A stretch of DNA of 64,000 bases, from IMG/VR virus record IMGVR_UViG_3300031088_000759; one strand, given 5' to 3'. The translations under genes were made by a program, and so were the position numbers. Source of the DNA: a virus. This document shows positions 30,970 to 41,386 of this stretch, one piece after another (within the stretch, counting starts at the first letter, position 1; the number at the start of each line of letters is the position of its first letter). Under the pieces are notes generated by a model. That model made no database searches, was not told the DNA's origin, and saw only the letters and a program-made list of their open reading frames with translations.

Positions 30970-31578
30970 TCATGCTTGATCTAATGAACGGTAGAGGCTC
31001 TTTAACCATTTGTTCTTTGAATCTACTCGCTCTACCTCTTCAACATAACGATCATTGTAGAAAGCCAAGTCTTTTTGAAGTTCTTGTTCTTTATCCGCAC
31101 GATACTCTTTAATGCTTTTCACTCGAAGGTTTTGCAGTTCTTTGTCATAATAATGAGTAGAACAATCATGTGTGATAGATTCTGTCAATTGATCAAGCAT
31201 AAAGTCCTTCAAGGCTTGATGCTCTTCCGAAGGTGGAGTCCAATTTTCTGCTTCACTGAGCATTGACTCATAACGTTGTTTAAGAACTGCAATTCTTTCA
31301 AGTTGTTCTGTAATGCGCGCTTTGTCATTTGCATAATCTTTTTGAACTTTTACAGAAACTTGTTCATCTGTCATTTTTTGAAGCTCTTGAAGCTCTTGTT
31401 CAAATTCAGCAATCTTTTCAGGGTAAAACGAAGAGATAGTAATTTCTTGTGGCAGTTCCGCATTTGGCGTATCCCGCAAATGAGCTAATGCTCCAAAAGC
31501 ACGAGCGCATTCTAATGCGAAATCTTTAAAATTCACATCTTTATCTTCATAAATACCAGCTGTAAAACCTGTGGGCAT
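30970..31578 (-). CDS. Conserved phage-type coiled-coil protein
   Basis: MPTGFTAGI..FALECARAFGA..WTPPSEEHQALKDFMLDQL pattern; GGAGG RBS. Confidence 0.75.
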   Translation of the reverse strand: MPTGFTAGIYEDKDVNFKDFALECARAFGALAHLRDTPNAELPQEITISSFYPEKIAEFEQELQELQKMTDEQVSVKVQKDYANDKARITEQLERIAVLKQRYESMLSEAENWTPPSEEHQALKDFMLDQLTESITHDCSTHYYDKELQNLRVKSIKEYRADKEQELQKDLAFYNDRYVEEVERVDSKNKWLKSLYRSLDQA

Positions 31579-31744
31579 GTTATCCTCCAATGATAGACAA
31601 AACAATAATCGTTAATCAAATTCTATCACAGAGCAAAACATTAATCAAGCTCTTAACATTGTTTAATGACAATATTAGTACACACCAGCATTACACCATG
31701 ATTAGCACATGCATGCCATGTTGAACAATCAATTCATCAAATAA

Positions 31745-32017
31745 TCAAATCAAAGTTTTCTTGAACTCTGCTTTACCCTCTTCATAGGAAAGATTGTGAA
31801 CATTAGCATATCCTTGATAAATAGCTTCTTTTGTGGCAACAAGGCTGAGATTCATTTTATTCGCAACATGCTTTACCAAATCAGTGAAATAACCACTATC
31901 AGTCGGAGTAAAATGAGACACTCCTGATTCATCAGCTTTAACATAAAGGTTATAAGCGCGGTGGCTTAGAGCATCAGTATTATCTTCTTTTGCGATATTC
32001 TTCAATTCTTTTGTCAT
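31745..32017 (-). CDS. Hypothetical protein
   Basis: 90 aa, AAGGAG RBS. Confidence 0.6.
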   Translation of the reverse strand: MTKELKNIAKEDNTDALSHRAYNLYVKADESGVSHFTPTDSGYFTDLVKHVANKMNLSLVATKEAIYQGYANVHNLSYEEGKAEFKKTLI

Positions 32018-32073
32018 TTTATGAATTCTCCTTAGAACTATATCTTATTATAACAATAGGTCGAATTTTATGT

Positions 32074-32436
32074 TCATCCACCTAAAACGAAAATCCCAGT
32101 TTCAGGAAGCAGGTTTTCAGGAATTTCGTTGAAAGCAATTTCATCTGAGTAGATTGAACCGTCTGATGCTACTTCTTCTTTAAATATGAAAGCTGAATAA
32201 TGTTCAAAGCCTTCACGAAGTTCAATTCTGCCATTACGCATATCTTGAATAATGTCCTCATTGACAAAAGAGAAGAGATAAAGAGGACCATGATCTCCGG
32301 TGATGTCATAAGCATTGAAGAAACATTTATCCCCATCTTTGATTACCAGTCCCGCAACAGGTGTCGATTCTTGTTCAATCCACACTTCTGAAAGTTCGCC
32401 TAAATCTAACGCTCCACTGCTATCTCTGAAGTTCAT
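32074..32436 (-). CDS. Hypothetical protein (DUF6575-like)
   Basis: NGRIELREGF and EIPENLLPETG patterns; family call from memory only. Confidence 0.45.
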   Translation of the reverse strand: MNFRDSSGALDLGELSEVWIEQESTPVAGLVIKDGDKCFFNAYDITGDHGPLYLFSFVNEDIIQDMRNGRIELREGFEHYSAFIFKEEVASDGSIYSDEIAFNEIPENLLPETGIFVLGG

Positions 32437-32545
32437 TGTTATCTTCTTTCTGTAAAATCGTAATCTTTGAAAAACAAAATTGGTTCTACTTAATATTATC
32501 AGAAAATTAGTCAAAACAACAGCAAATACACTATTTTGTTATATT

Positions 32546-33643
32546 TTAGTATTTATTTAAATCATTGTTCAAAATTTCCAGTTCAGAATGAATAAGATTG
32601 TTTAAAAACATTTTGCGATCTGAACCGTACCTATAATCTTTTCCTTCTTTATTTATTCTGTCCCAATCACAGTGTATAATTTTGTCTATCACAGCACTGA
32701 TTTTGTTTGTAAATTCTTTGTTGAAGTCTCTATATTCAGCAAATTCACGAAACATTTCGATACGAGCAATTACGGAATTTTTCGTATCTTCCTCAATGGA
32801 ACTTACAGCTATCCATTGCTCAAGGCTACTGTTATCTTTCTTCTGATTACAGTCCGAACAGCAAATAACTACATTGCCGAAACGGTTAGACCCGAAAAGA
32901 GCGTTTTTCTCGTTTTTACTAGGTGAGAGAGGTGTTAAATGTTCGCCTGTTGCTTGTCTCTTATTATCATTTTTGTTCTCTAAGTATTTTCGACAATAAC
33001 AACATCTTCCTCCAAAATACACAACCGTTTTTACATAGTTGATTCTATCCATATTCGAATCTATTCTGGACAGCAATAATCTAGCAGTGGAAACATTTTT
33101 GTCTTTGAACTCAACTCTCCTTTTTATGGAGCGTGGTGGATTGCATAATAACTTAGCAATTTCATATTCACTAACATCTTTATCAAAATTGTTTCTTACT
33201 TTTACAGCAAGCGGATCTTTGCTTTGAAGAAAACGCTCAATAATAGGTTCAGGTGGAATGCCTCTTCGTCTTGAAGCTACGATTAAAAGTTCATCAAATT
33301 TTTCAGCAAAATGATTGACAAAAGACATATTCTCCTTTGAATATTCACTTTTCAATGATTCTATCTCAGCATATCTTTCTTTTGTGTAGAATTGTTCTTT
33401 AATATCCTGTGGGTTTTGCTCAGGTTCTTTTCTTTTTTCAGTTTTTAATATTTTTTTAATTTGTTTCTGATGTTTTCGTTCAAGTCTCTGCTCTTCATCT
33501 CTTAAAAGTGTTTTTTGAACTTTTTCAACAGGAATTTCAAAATGAGTATGATGAGAACATTTTCCTTTGCCAACATTTTCAGGTTTAGCTTGGCAAACAG
33601 TTAGAACACCTTCTCTTGTGCGTCCAAGCCTCTTAGTTGACAT
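32546..33643 (-). CDS. HNH endonuclease with N-terminal Cys/His module
   Basis: GGRCCYC..EHLTPLS..GNVVICCSDCNQKK; N-terminus GRTREGVLTVCQAKPENVGKGKCSHHTH. Confidence 0.85.
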   Translation of the reverse strand: MSTKRLGRTREGVLTVCQAKPENVGKGKCSHHTHFEIPVEKVQKTLLRDEEQRLERKHQKQIKKILKTEKRKEPEQNPQDIKEQFYTKERYAEIESLKSEYSKENMSFVNHFAEKFDELLIVASRRRGIPPEPIIERFLQSKDPLAVKVRNNFDKDVSEYEIAKLLCNPPRSIKRRVEFKDKNVSTARLLLSRIDSNMDRINYVKTVVYFGGRCCYCRKYLENKNDNKRQATGEHLTPLSPSKNEKNALFGSNRFGNVVICCSDCNQKKDNSSLEQWIAVSSIEEDTKNSVIARIEMFREFAEYRDFNKEFTNKISAVIDKIIHCDWDRINKEGKDYRYGSDRKMFLNNLIHSELEILNNDLNKY

Positions 33644-33924
33644 AGTGTTCTCTCCGTTCACTGAAAATATTTTCTATAATTTAACATATTTACACAATAA
33701 TATTTGTATCACATCATTAATATTTGCATCATATCATTTTTCTATAATTATTCTACTCATGTTCAAAAAACTAATGTGTTCAACATTCTTGAACATAACA
33801 AAATATTGAACACAGATTAAATAAAACAACGTAATCTAATTGTTTTTACTCAATACAAACATTTTTGTCTGTTAAAAACTATTATAGCTACTTTAAACTG
33901 TATTTCTTGTAATTTTTGAAGTAT

Positions 33925-33953
33925 TTGACACTTATGATTTTTTGTAGTATTAT
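33925..33953 (+). promoter_or_regulatory. Sigma70-type promoter
   Basis: TTGACA-N17-TATTAT upstream of the 33996 ORF. Confidence 0.7.
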
Positions 33954-33995
33954 AAAGCCATAAAGGAACAATAAAGATAAAAATTTAGTGAAGAG

Positions 33996-34322
33996 GTGAA
34001 AGAAATGTTGAATAAGTATACTGATGATGCGTATGTTGGTATTCTGCGTGATATGTATCCGGGCAACGACGTGGAGATTGTTGCGTCGATTGATAATGGC
34101 GGAAGCTATGAGTGGGATGTTGCTGTTGTGTACCGTGTTTATGGTGTGAATAACTACTACATGGGAACTGGTAGTGGTTGCTCCTGCGACTGGTATACGG
34201 ATAATGCTGCCTATGGCGACTTGATGCAGTTTTCTTCACGTAGGGCTTTGCTCAACTATCTTCGAAACAGCAATGTCTCAAAGGTAAAGAGTCTGCACGG
34301 TACTGTTCTTGCTCAGCGATAA
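33996..34322 (+). CDS. Actinophage-type small protein
   Basis: SYEWD..V..GSGCSC motif; GC higher than flanks; hairpin follows at ~34328-34380. Confidence 0.75.
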   Translation: MKEMLNKYTDDAYVGILRDMYPGNDVEIVASIDNGGSYEWDVAVVYRVYGVNNYYMGTGSGCSCDWYTDNAAYGDLMQFSSRRALLNYLRNSNVSKVKSLHGTVLAQR

Positions 34323-34466
34323 CAGTCAATAGAGGGGGGACTAACCAATTGTGTTTTTAGATTGGTTAGCCTCCTCTATTCGTATATAAGTTCAAACCAT
34401 GTAATTATGTCATTGTTGATAAACAAGCCACAGTATACTGAAATTTTAGAACTTTTAAACACCTTA

Positions 34467-34613
34467 AAAACGCTTAGGAAATAGCACCTAAATAGCTTGC
34501 TTGAATGCTAACTTATTTAGGTGCTATTTTGTTATTTTTGAGAAAATTTTGTAATAATTGTTTTTTAGTATCCTGGGTCCTTGAACAAAGTTAAAGCTTC
34601 TTAAAAACACTCT
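34467..34613 (+). repeat. Dispersed non-coding element, copy C
   Basis: AAAACGCTTA (34467), arms aaatagcacctaaata/tatttaggtgctattt with 19-nt spacer, GGG at 34575, AAAACACTCT at 34604. Confidence 0.72.
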
Positions 34614-34706
34614 CTGTATGACAGTCCTTTGTTGAACAGTTTTTAAAATCATTCAAGCGTTGTTTTCAGTCGTCTGCTATTCTTTCGTTTAAATATTATC
34701 AAAGTT

Positions 34707-35219
34707 TCATCCGCGTTCTGCAACAAAAGTTCTCTGAGACATTTCGCCATTATCAATTATTGAATGACTATAAGCATCCCATACTTCAACATAAGCACCA
34801 TTTACTTGAACAGTCCTGTCATCAATCATAATTGGACCTTCACTCGTATAAAGAACAATTCTGTAAGTTGGGTCTGCATAATCATCAATAATAAGGTAAT
34901 TTTTGTTCTCTGTGTCTACTGGTGCTATTTTTGCGTTAGAGAACTTATCTGATGATTTAGCCCAGTTTTCAAGAGCTTCTTCAACTGAAACATCATCATT
35001 GTTCACAAAATGGTCCATCATATAAGTGTGTAATTCGGATGCTGTCTTGTTTGTTGCAGCTTGACGAGCATTATCTGTAATTGTTCCATACGATAATAAC
35101 CCTCCGACTGTGAGCACAAGTAATATTCCTACGGATACTACGATTTCAAGAAGTGAAAAACCTTCGCTATTGTCATCTTTGACAAAGATTTCTTTAACTC
35201 TTTTGTATTTACCAAACAT
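34707..35219 (-). CDS. Type IV pilin-like protein
   Basis: G|FSLLEIVVSVGILLVLTVGGLLSY prepilin cleavage/methylation motif. Confidence 0.88.
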   Translation of the reverse strand: MFGKYKRVKEIFVKDDNSEGFSLLEIVVSVGILLVLTVGGLLSYGTITDNARQAATNKTASELHTYMMDHFVNNDDVSVEEALENWAKSSDKFSNAKIAPVDTENKNYLIIDDYADPTYRIVLYTSEGPIMIDDRTVQVNGAYVEVWDAYSHSIIDNGEMSQRTFVAERG

Positions 35220-35452
35220 TCGTGTAAGCCTTGTTTATGTAGACTAATCATCTACTGCCTATTTTTCAGCTAATATCTACTAAAATTTGTTTATTTTAAT
35301 AATTCCAAAAACTCTCATAACAAAACAATAACACAGGCTGAAATATTTGACTATTATTTTTCAGAAAGTTATAAACATAAGAGACATGTAGTTGAACTAG
35401 TTTTGACTATAAAGTCTTGTCGTGTTCTATGAATCATATAAGGAGAATAGTT

Positions 35453-35635
35453 ATGAGAGTTTTTGTTGTTGAAGGAATAAATCGTTTGAGTGTTGCTAAC
35501 CTTTTGTATAATGCTGATTTAAAACAAGATGTTGATTACACTCTGACAAAAGAAGATTTAAAAAATACTTATGAAGTGAAGCTCAGTGATAAGTTTTCTA
35601 CTATTATTGGACAAATGATGATGTTGAGCAATTGA
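35453..35635 (+). CDS. Small hypothetical protein
   Basis: MRVFVVEG with AAGGAG RBS. Confidence 0.55.
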   Translation: MRVFVVEGINRLSVANLLYNADLKQDVDYTLTKEDLKNTYEVKLSDKFSTIIGQMMMLSN

Positions 35636-35681
35636 AAAACATTGATTCTGGATAGTTTGAGTTTTCTTCACCTGTTTGTTG

Positions 35682-35716
35682 GAAGCCCACTTGCTTCAGC
35701 TATGGGGAGAATTCAA
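35682..35716 (+). mobile_element. Possible IS200/IS605 (tnpB) right-end remnant
   Basis: GAAGCCCAC..GCTTCAGC..TGGGGAGAATTCA resembles IS605-type right-end hairpins; no tnpA/tnpB nearby. Confidence 0.4.
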
Positions 35717-35870
35717 TTCAACTATGAGGAGTACGAGGAGAAGCTAAAAGAATAGGCTGTTTAAAAACGATAAGAGCCAATGAACTACGAAATAATCAAA
35801 TCGCTATTCATTGGCTCTTACTATTTTTATTGTAATTCTATATTTTGTGTTCTATATATTCTATATGTTT

Positions 35871-36215
35871 TCATTCGTCATTTGTTGAATTATCACTGTT
35901 GTCAAGTTTAGCAGCTTGCGCTTCTTCTTCTCTTCTTGCTTCTTCTAACATTCTTGCATCTTCTATTTGATTGACTATCATCACACGCAGTTTTTCTCGG
36001 CTTAATCTTAATCCAAGTTTTTTAATTTTTCGCTCAGTTTTTGTGAGAATTTTATCTTGGTTATGATCAGGAGTACTTTCGATTGCGGAGTCAATAAATC
36101 CTTCTATTCTTTTGTTCATCTCATCTTCATAATGTGGATTCTTGTCCAAAATCTTATTGACATGTTCTTGTTGTTTCTTCATGAACAGTGAATCTCTTTT
36201 TTGTCGGTTATTCAT
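35871..36215 (-). CDS. Hypothetical protein
   Basis: Start MNNRQK with GGAG RBS; highly charged. Confidence 0.6.
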   Translation of the reverse strand: MNNRQKRDSLFMKKQQEHVNKILDKNPHYEDEMNKRIEGFIDSAIESTPDHNQDKILTKTERKIKKLGLRLSREKLRVMIVNQIEDARMLEEARREEEAQAAKLDNSDNSTNDE

Positions 36216-36293
36216 TAAAACTCCATCTATCTGTGCTGTATTGACTTGGGTTAGCTTTGTGTAAAGCATTGTGTAAATATACAGAATAAAATA

Positions 36294-36752
36294 TCAACAC
36301 AATTCATTCACTGTTGACGAAAGCTTGTCTCTCCAAGGTTTCACAACTTCCCTCATAATCTCTTGTTCTTCCATCGTTAGATGACAAATCTCGGCTATTT
36401 GATCATTAAGAGTATCAGGATTATCAAAGTTTAGAAACACACCAGGTCTATCTTTAACCTCACCAGTTAAGAAATCATTAATCAATGGAGTTTTGCTTTT
36501 ATAATTTTCGAAATCATATTTACGAGATTTTAAAAATTCATACAAGAAACAATCTGTTTTAGCCAACTTACGGAAATTGCTAGCTTCTTGTGTCTCGCTA
36601 TGGTTCTTTCCATAGATCATATACTGACTTAACTCAGTTCTATCAATCCCATTTTTAGCGTATGTTCTTGTATAAACAGGATACAATAACACTAAAGTTC
36701 TATTCTCGTAAATGTCCTTTAAAACATCTTCATTAATATTGTAAAAATACAT
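36294..36752 (-). CDS. Protein similar to the C-terminal domain of the 26490 methyltransferase
   Basis: NFRKLAKTD..DFLTGEVKD..LNF..LNDQI..EEQEIM..VKPW aligns by eye with the MTase C-terminus. Confidence 0.65.
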   Translation of the reverse strand: MYFYNINEDVLKDIYENRTLVLLYPVYTRTYAKNGIDRTELSQYMIYGKNHSETQEASNFRKLAKTDCFLYEFLKSRKYDFENYKSKTPLINDFLTGEVKDRPGVFLNFDNPDTLNDQIAEICHLTMEEQEIMREVVKPWRDKLSSTVNELC

Positions 36753-36922
36753 GTTTTTCCTTCTAAAAAGTTAATAAATAATTCTACTTTTTAAAATATC
36801 TTTTCAGACTTAAAGTACAAATGTAAAGAGGCACTAGAGTATATTTTCTTAAATACTCTAGTGCCTATAAAGGATTAGCCTGAATTTTTATCAACCTAAA
36901 ACAATACTGCGTGTTTCAACAA

Positions 36923-37765
36923 TCAATTCTCATTATTTGAGAAAACTGATTTAGTGCTATATGGATACTCTATCAATTCAGAAAGAATATTGTCAAATTC
37001 TTCGCCTCGTTGAATTCTGTTGTCAGGTTTTACATTATTAAAAACATTTTCAGCAACATTTTCAACTTTACTGTTAGTCTCCTCTGCACTGTCAAAAACA
37101 TTAAGAGTTCCTTTTTTAACCTTAGCAGCATCAGAATTTTTGACAAACCTTAAACCTTCAATTTTATCAGATTTAACAACAGTTGGCTTAAAGTTTTTCA
37201 TATGCTTGACAAAACTTTCAGAATAATCAGGGAAATATTCAAAAAATTCTTGAAGAGGCATAGTAGAGTTGTCATTGTTATCTTTATGGTTTCTACAATA
37301 GAACATTACTTTTCCAGCGTAAATGGTAAATGCTTGTATCTCTATAATCGGCACAGAACGACATTTTTCACAAATAGGGATAATTTGAATATGTGTTGAA
37401 TTTTCTGCAAGCACACGCTGCCTATTTCCCTTTGAATCATTTATGTATCCAGACAAAACGTTTTCGACAATCACATTATAATAATCATTAAAGTCATTAG
37501 CTGTGGAAGGTATATAAGTGTTATGTAGTTCTTTTTCAAAATTAGAAACCCCTAGATTTTGAGCCAATCTTTTATCTTTCAAGGTTTCGTCGTTTTTTCT
37601 ATATCTATAACCACGCTCTAAGTTACCATAAGGTGTTAAATTTCCTGAAAAATAACCAATCTCAGGATTAACTTGTTCAATAGAATCAACAGGTGCAGTT
37701 TTAGCTACTGAAGAACTAACAACACTTTCCGTTGCTACCACTTTATCTTTGTTAAATAAACCCAT
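36923..37765 (-). CDS. Hypothetical protein with Cys/His motif
   Basis: PICEKC...FYCRNH. Confidence 0.65.
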   Translation of the reverse strand: MGLFNKDKVVATESVVSSSVAKTAPVDSIEQVNPEIGYFSGNLTPYGNLERGYRYRKNDETLKDKRLAQNLGVSNFEKELHNTYIPSTANDFNDYYNVIVENVLSGYINDSKGNRQRVLAENSTHIQIIPICEKCRSVPIIEIQAFTIYAGKVMFYCRNHKDNNDNSTMPLQEFFEYFPDYSESFVKHMKNFKPTVVKSDKIEGLRFVKNSDAAKVKKGTLNVFDSAEETNSKVENVAENVFNNVKPDNRIQRGEEFDNILSELIEYPYSTKSVFSNNEN

Positions 37766-38190
37766 TTTTTTTGCCCACCTTCACTCATAACCTTTACAAT
37801 ACTGTTTAAATTCTTGTTCTCAGCCAATCAATCTATCACAGCATCATAAATTAATCAAGTCATTAGACAACATTTTAAAATTACATGAATACACCACAAA
37901 ACACAACAAAAAGCAACAAACATTTTCACAAGTTTATTTTTCACAAGACTTCTCCTGGATTATAAGCACACTTACACTTATGCTATCTTTCTTGTTTATT
38001 GTTCTAGATATATTATGAATACTTGTTATTAGAATCACTATTTTTAACAAACAGATTAACTTTGTATTGAAACCACTGGTCAAAAGACAATACTTTGCTC
38101 TTGTTAACGAAAAATATTCCTGATTTCTTGATATTAAAAATGCTTATGTAAAGCAGTTATACAATTATCATAATAAGGAAAAAATAAAAA

Positions 38191-38688
38191 ATGTTTGAAT
38201 CATTGAAAAGAATTACACAATTAAATACAAAGAAGAAGAGTTTTCATGAAGACGGTTTTTCTCTTCTTGAACTTGTTGTAGCAGTAGGTATTTTGCTTGT
38301 ACTCACAGTAGGCGGGTTATTAGCATACAATGGAATCACAAACAATGCACGACAAGCATCAGTGAACAACATTGCTGATGAAATATATACTGTTGTATCC
38401 GCTAATTTGAGCGATAATGATTCATCTAGCACAATTGCTTCTGCTATGGAGAATTGGGCTGAAAGCGCGGGCTATACAGAAGATCAAACATTATTTGTAA
38501 AAACAGCAGCGGGAGTTAGTATATATACTACTAAAACAGATCAGTACCCTACAACAGCACCTGCGCATATTATTATAATTCAAACTAAGTCAGCAACAGA
38601 TGACAGCGAATTATCAGTAGATGTAAGAGATTATAGCCATTCTTCTTCACCATTCCTTGAAAACACTTACCAAGCAAAACGCGGTTGA
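38191..38688 (+). CDS. Type IV pilin-like protein
   Basis: G|FSLLELVVAVGILLVLTVGGLLAY prepilin motif. Confidence 0.88.
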   Translation: MFESLKRITQLNTKKKSFHEDGFSLLELVVAVGILLVLTVGGLLAYNGITNNARQASVNNIADEIYTVVSANLSDNDSSSTIASAMENWAESAGYTEDQTLFVKTAAGVSIYTTKTDQYPTTAPAHIIIIQTKSATDDSELSVDVRDYSHSSSPFLENTYQAKRG

Positions 38689-38944
38689 TTGTTCCACAAT
38701 AATAGGTGAAGCATTCAACAATCGCAGATAAAAGACAATAAAACAAAAAACACAAAATATAAATATAATGCCACAAATCTTATTTAACTGATTTGTGGCA
38801 TTATATTTATATACGTTAATACTTCTTTGAAAACTCTTGTTCTAAAAATGCTTGTTCTTTTTCTGATATTAATGTGATTTGCTAAATTTGAGCAATGGTT
38901 GCTTAATGTCTTAGACAATAACGGCAAATCGAAGGAGATTTGTT

Positions 38945-39391
38945 ATGTATATAGTAAAAAAATATGAAATTGAAGATCAATGCCTAAGTGATGTTATACA
39001 AGATAAAACAGGTGTTTATTTAAACGAAATTCACAGCGGCAGAGAATTGAACGGGTATTGCGTGAGACCAACGCCTACAACAGAAACCATTAGAGATAAG
39101 AATTTTATTAAATTAGCTAAAACTGATTTTTTTATATTTAGTAATATGTCACCTGCGCACCGACATTGGAAAGAAGTACCTTTTATATATCTTGATAATG
39201 AGACCAGCTGGGTTCATAAGAAAACTTTCCCCAAAGGTATGATAAAAGAAAGCTCTGTAATTTTAGATCTTTCAAGCTCGGAAATTATAGATGAACAGTT
39301 AATCGAGATCTATAAGATATCTAACAAAGAATTAGCATATAGGAAAGATTTCGTAAATAAAAACTTTAACAAATGGTTGGATAATTTATAA
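38945..39391 (+). CDS. Protein similar to the C-terminal domain of the 26490 methyltransferase
   Basis: NFIKLAKTDFF..LDL..IDEQLIEIYKIS; AAGGAG RBS. Confidence 0.6.
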   Translation: MYIVKKYEIEDQCLSDVIQDKTGVYLNEIHSGRELNGYCVRPTPTTETIRDKNFIKLAKTDFFIFSNMSPAHRHWKEVPFIYLDNETSWVHKKTFPKGMIKESSVILDLSSSEIIDEQLIEIYKISNKELAYRKDFVNKNFNKWLDNL

Positions 39392-39473
39392 AAATAAAAT
39401 TAATCAAATGAGGGCAGATATTCAACAAAAACAACTAATATCTGCCCTCATTTTTAAATCGTTAGTCTATTTT

Positions 39474-39929
39474 TTATTCTTTAAAGTTTTCTAGTGATCG
39501 TTTAATAAACGGAATTGGATCATCATAATATTGTTTAGAGATTTTTTCATCAATTTTATCTTCTATTTTTAAATCAACATACCATGCAATATTTTGAGCA
39601 TTATTAATGGCATTGGAATCACATGGCATTGATACCCCATATGTTGATAATCCATATGTTGAAAGCACAAAAGCACTCTTTATTTTTGAATTAATGTCTT
39701 TTATCAACGATTGTTCTAATCTTGTGTAATTATAATTGTCTAATTTAATGTTTCCACGCGAAAGCGGAATCTCAGATGGTGAATAGACATCTTTTATAAA
39801 AAATTCTTCATTTGCCGCATTTAGTTTGTAAATTTCAAGATTAAATTTTGTTATTAAACCTTGATTTAGTAGTTTAATTTTGTATTTACCGTTTTGGTTA
39901 GTTCCGATTCCTGTCCATAAATAATTCAT
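39474..39929 (-). CDS. Hypothetical protein
   Basis: 151-aa ORF in a very AT-rich segment. Confidence 0.55.
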   Translation of the reverse strand: MNYLWTGIGTNQNGKYKIKLLNQGLITKFNLEIYKLNAANEEFFIKDVYSPSEIPLSRGNIKLDNYNYTRLEQSLIKDINSKIKSAFVLSTYGLSTYGVSMPCDSNAINNAQNIAWYVDLKIEDKIDEKISKQYYDDPIPFIKRSLENFKE

Positions 39930-40141
39930 TTTTACCCCTTTAAAAGATTTTCACTTTTTCTGATACTCTCTTACTTTTATAAAAATTAAACAACTATTGT
40001 TTATATGATTCTCTTGAAGGATCAAATCCAGATAATCATGAAATTATCATAGTTTTTGTTAATATTCATATATTTATCTCCTAAACAAATAAGATTTATA
40101 AAATTATATGCTAATCAATATGTTAAAGATTTATGCTATTA

Positions 40142-40357
40142 CTAATTCACTTCATAATGAACAATAGTTTTAGATGCAACATGCTTACATATAATAATTT
40201 TATTCAATTCTTCGTCAAATATTTTTGTAACATTTTTTGAAATTTCTACATATTCTATATTGTTCTTGGTTAACATGATTTTAAACAATTTTGAGCTGCC
40301 GTATTTTTCGGCAATTTCTTTTGTAATCTTTAACAAGGATTCATTCACAGTGTTCAT
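40142..40357 (-). CDS. Hypothetical protein
   Basis: AAGGAGG RBS; overlaps the upstream stop. Confidence 0.55.
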   Translation of the reverse strand: MNTVNESLLKITKEIAEKYGSSKLFKIMLTKNNIEYVEISKNVTKIFDEELNKIIICKHVASKTIVHYEVN

Positions 40358-40686
40358 TTTAACCCTCCTTTTGGAAAAAATTTATATTCTTTATAAACTT
40401 CCTGAGGGATTTTACGACGACCTCCAGATATTATTTTGAAACTTTCTTCAGAGACTAAAACACTAGTTCCTATCTCCTCATATTTATATCCTTTTTTATT
40501 AAGAAGTTTAATAAACGTTTTCTTGCTGCCAGAAGACAAAACGTACAGTGCCTTGACAGGGTTCTCTTCCAAAAGTAAAACCTTTTTCTCTAATGCCTGA
40601 GCCTTAGCCCAGGCAAACAAAGTTCCGATAGAAGATAAAACAGCAACTGCTAAGCTACATAAAGCTATATAGTCAGATATCAACAT
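40354..40686 (-). CDS. Single-TM hypothetical protein
   Basis: N-terminal hydrophobic helix. Confidence 0.55.
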   Translation of the reverse strand: MLISDYIALCSLAVAVLSSIGTLFAWAKAQALEKKVLLLEENPVKALYVLSSGSKKTFIKLLNKKGYKYEEIGTSVLVSEESFKIISGGRRKIPQEVYKEYKFFPKGGLK

Positions 40687-40706
40687 AAAATTTACCTTAT
40701 TGATTT

Positions 40707-41213
40707 TTAAATAGTATACAGTTTACATTTATTAAACAAATAGCCAATAGCTTGTTCAATGTTCTTAACATCATCAATTAAACTTTTATCTTTAATAGGA
40801 TCCAAGTGCTCTTTCGACAACTCATGACTAAGGTTATTTTTTTCAATTACACCTATGGCCGTAAGTGGATTAAGCATACCTTTTCTTTGATAGCATATAA
40901 CAGAGTCAAGGTAAGTTTTTTGAATTGGTTTGCCATCCCAATATCCATTGGTTCTTAAAAATACTTCTCTTTCATTCTTGACATTGTATATTGAAATTGA
41001 GCAAGAAAGAGTGCTATTTTTTAGATAACTATTATTCTTTTCAATTTTATTAAACATTGATTGCATATTATCTAATACTTGATAAGTTCCAGAAAAATTG
41101 TCGAAACACTCAATTTTACCTATTTGGTTATTAACATATTGCGCTTTAAAAGAAAAAGGTACAATACTCTTCTCTATACTTGGTGAAAAAAATATTTTTA
41201 TTATTCCATTCAT
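40707..41213 (-). CDS. Hypothetical protein
   Basis: GGAGG RBS, 168 aa. Confidence 0.6.
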   Translation of the reverse strand: MNGIIKIFFSPSIEKSIVPFSFKAQYVNNQIGKIECFDNFSGTYQVLDNMQSMFNKIEKNNSYLKNSTLSCSISIYNVKNEREVFLRTNGYWDGKPIQKTYLDSVICYQRKGMLNPLTAIGVIEKNNLSHELSKEHLDPIKDKSLIDDVKNIEQAIGYLFNKCKLYTI

Positions 41214-41386
41214 CTTCTTCCTCCATTACTCTCAAGAGATGGTTTTTAATGTATTCCCAATCATCATCAGTCAATACATCTTTGAAAAATACTTTCAAAT
41301 CTTATATCAGAAAAAGTGATTTAAGGCACAAATAAAGCACCCAAATGGCTACATAATTTGGATGCCTCATTTGTCATGGCTTGTGA

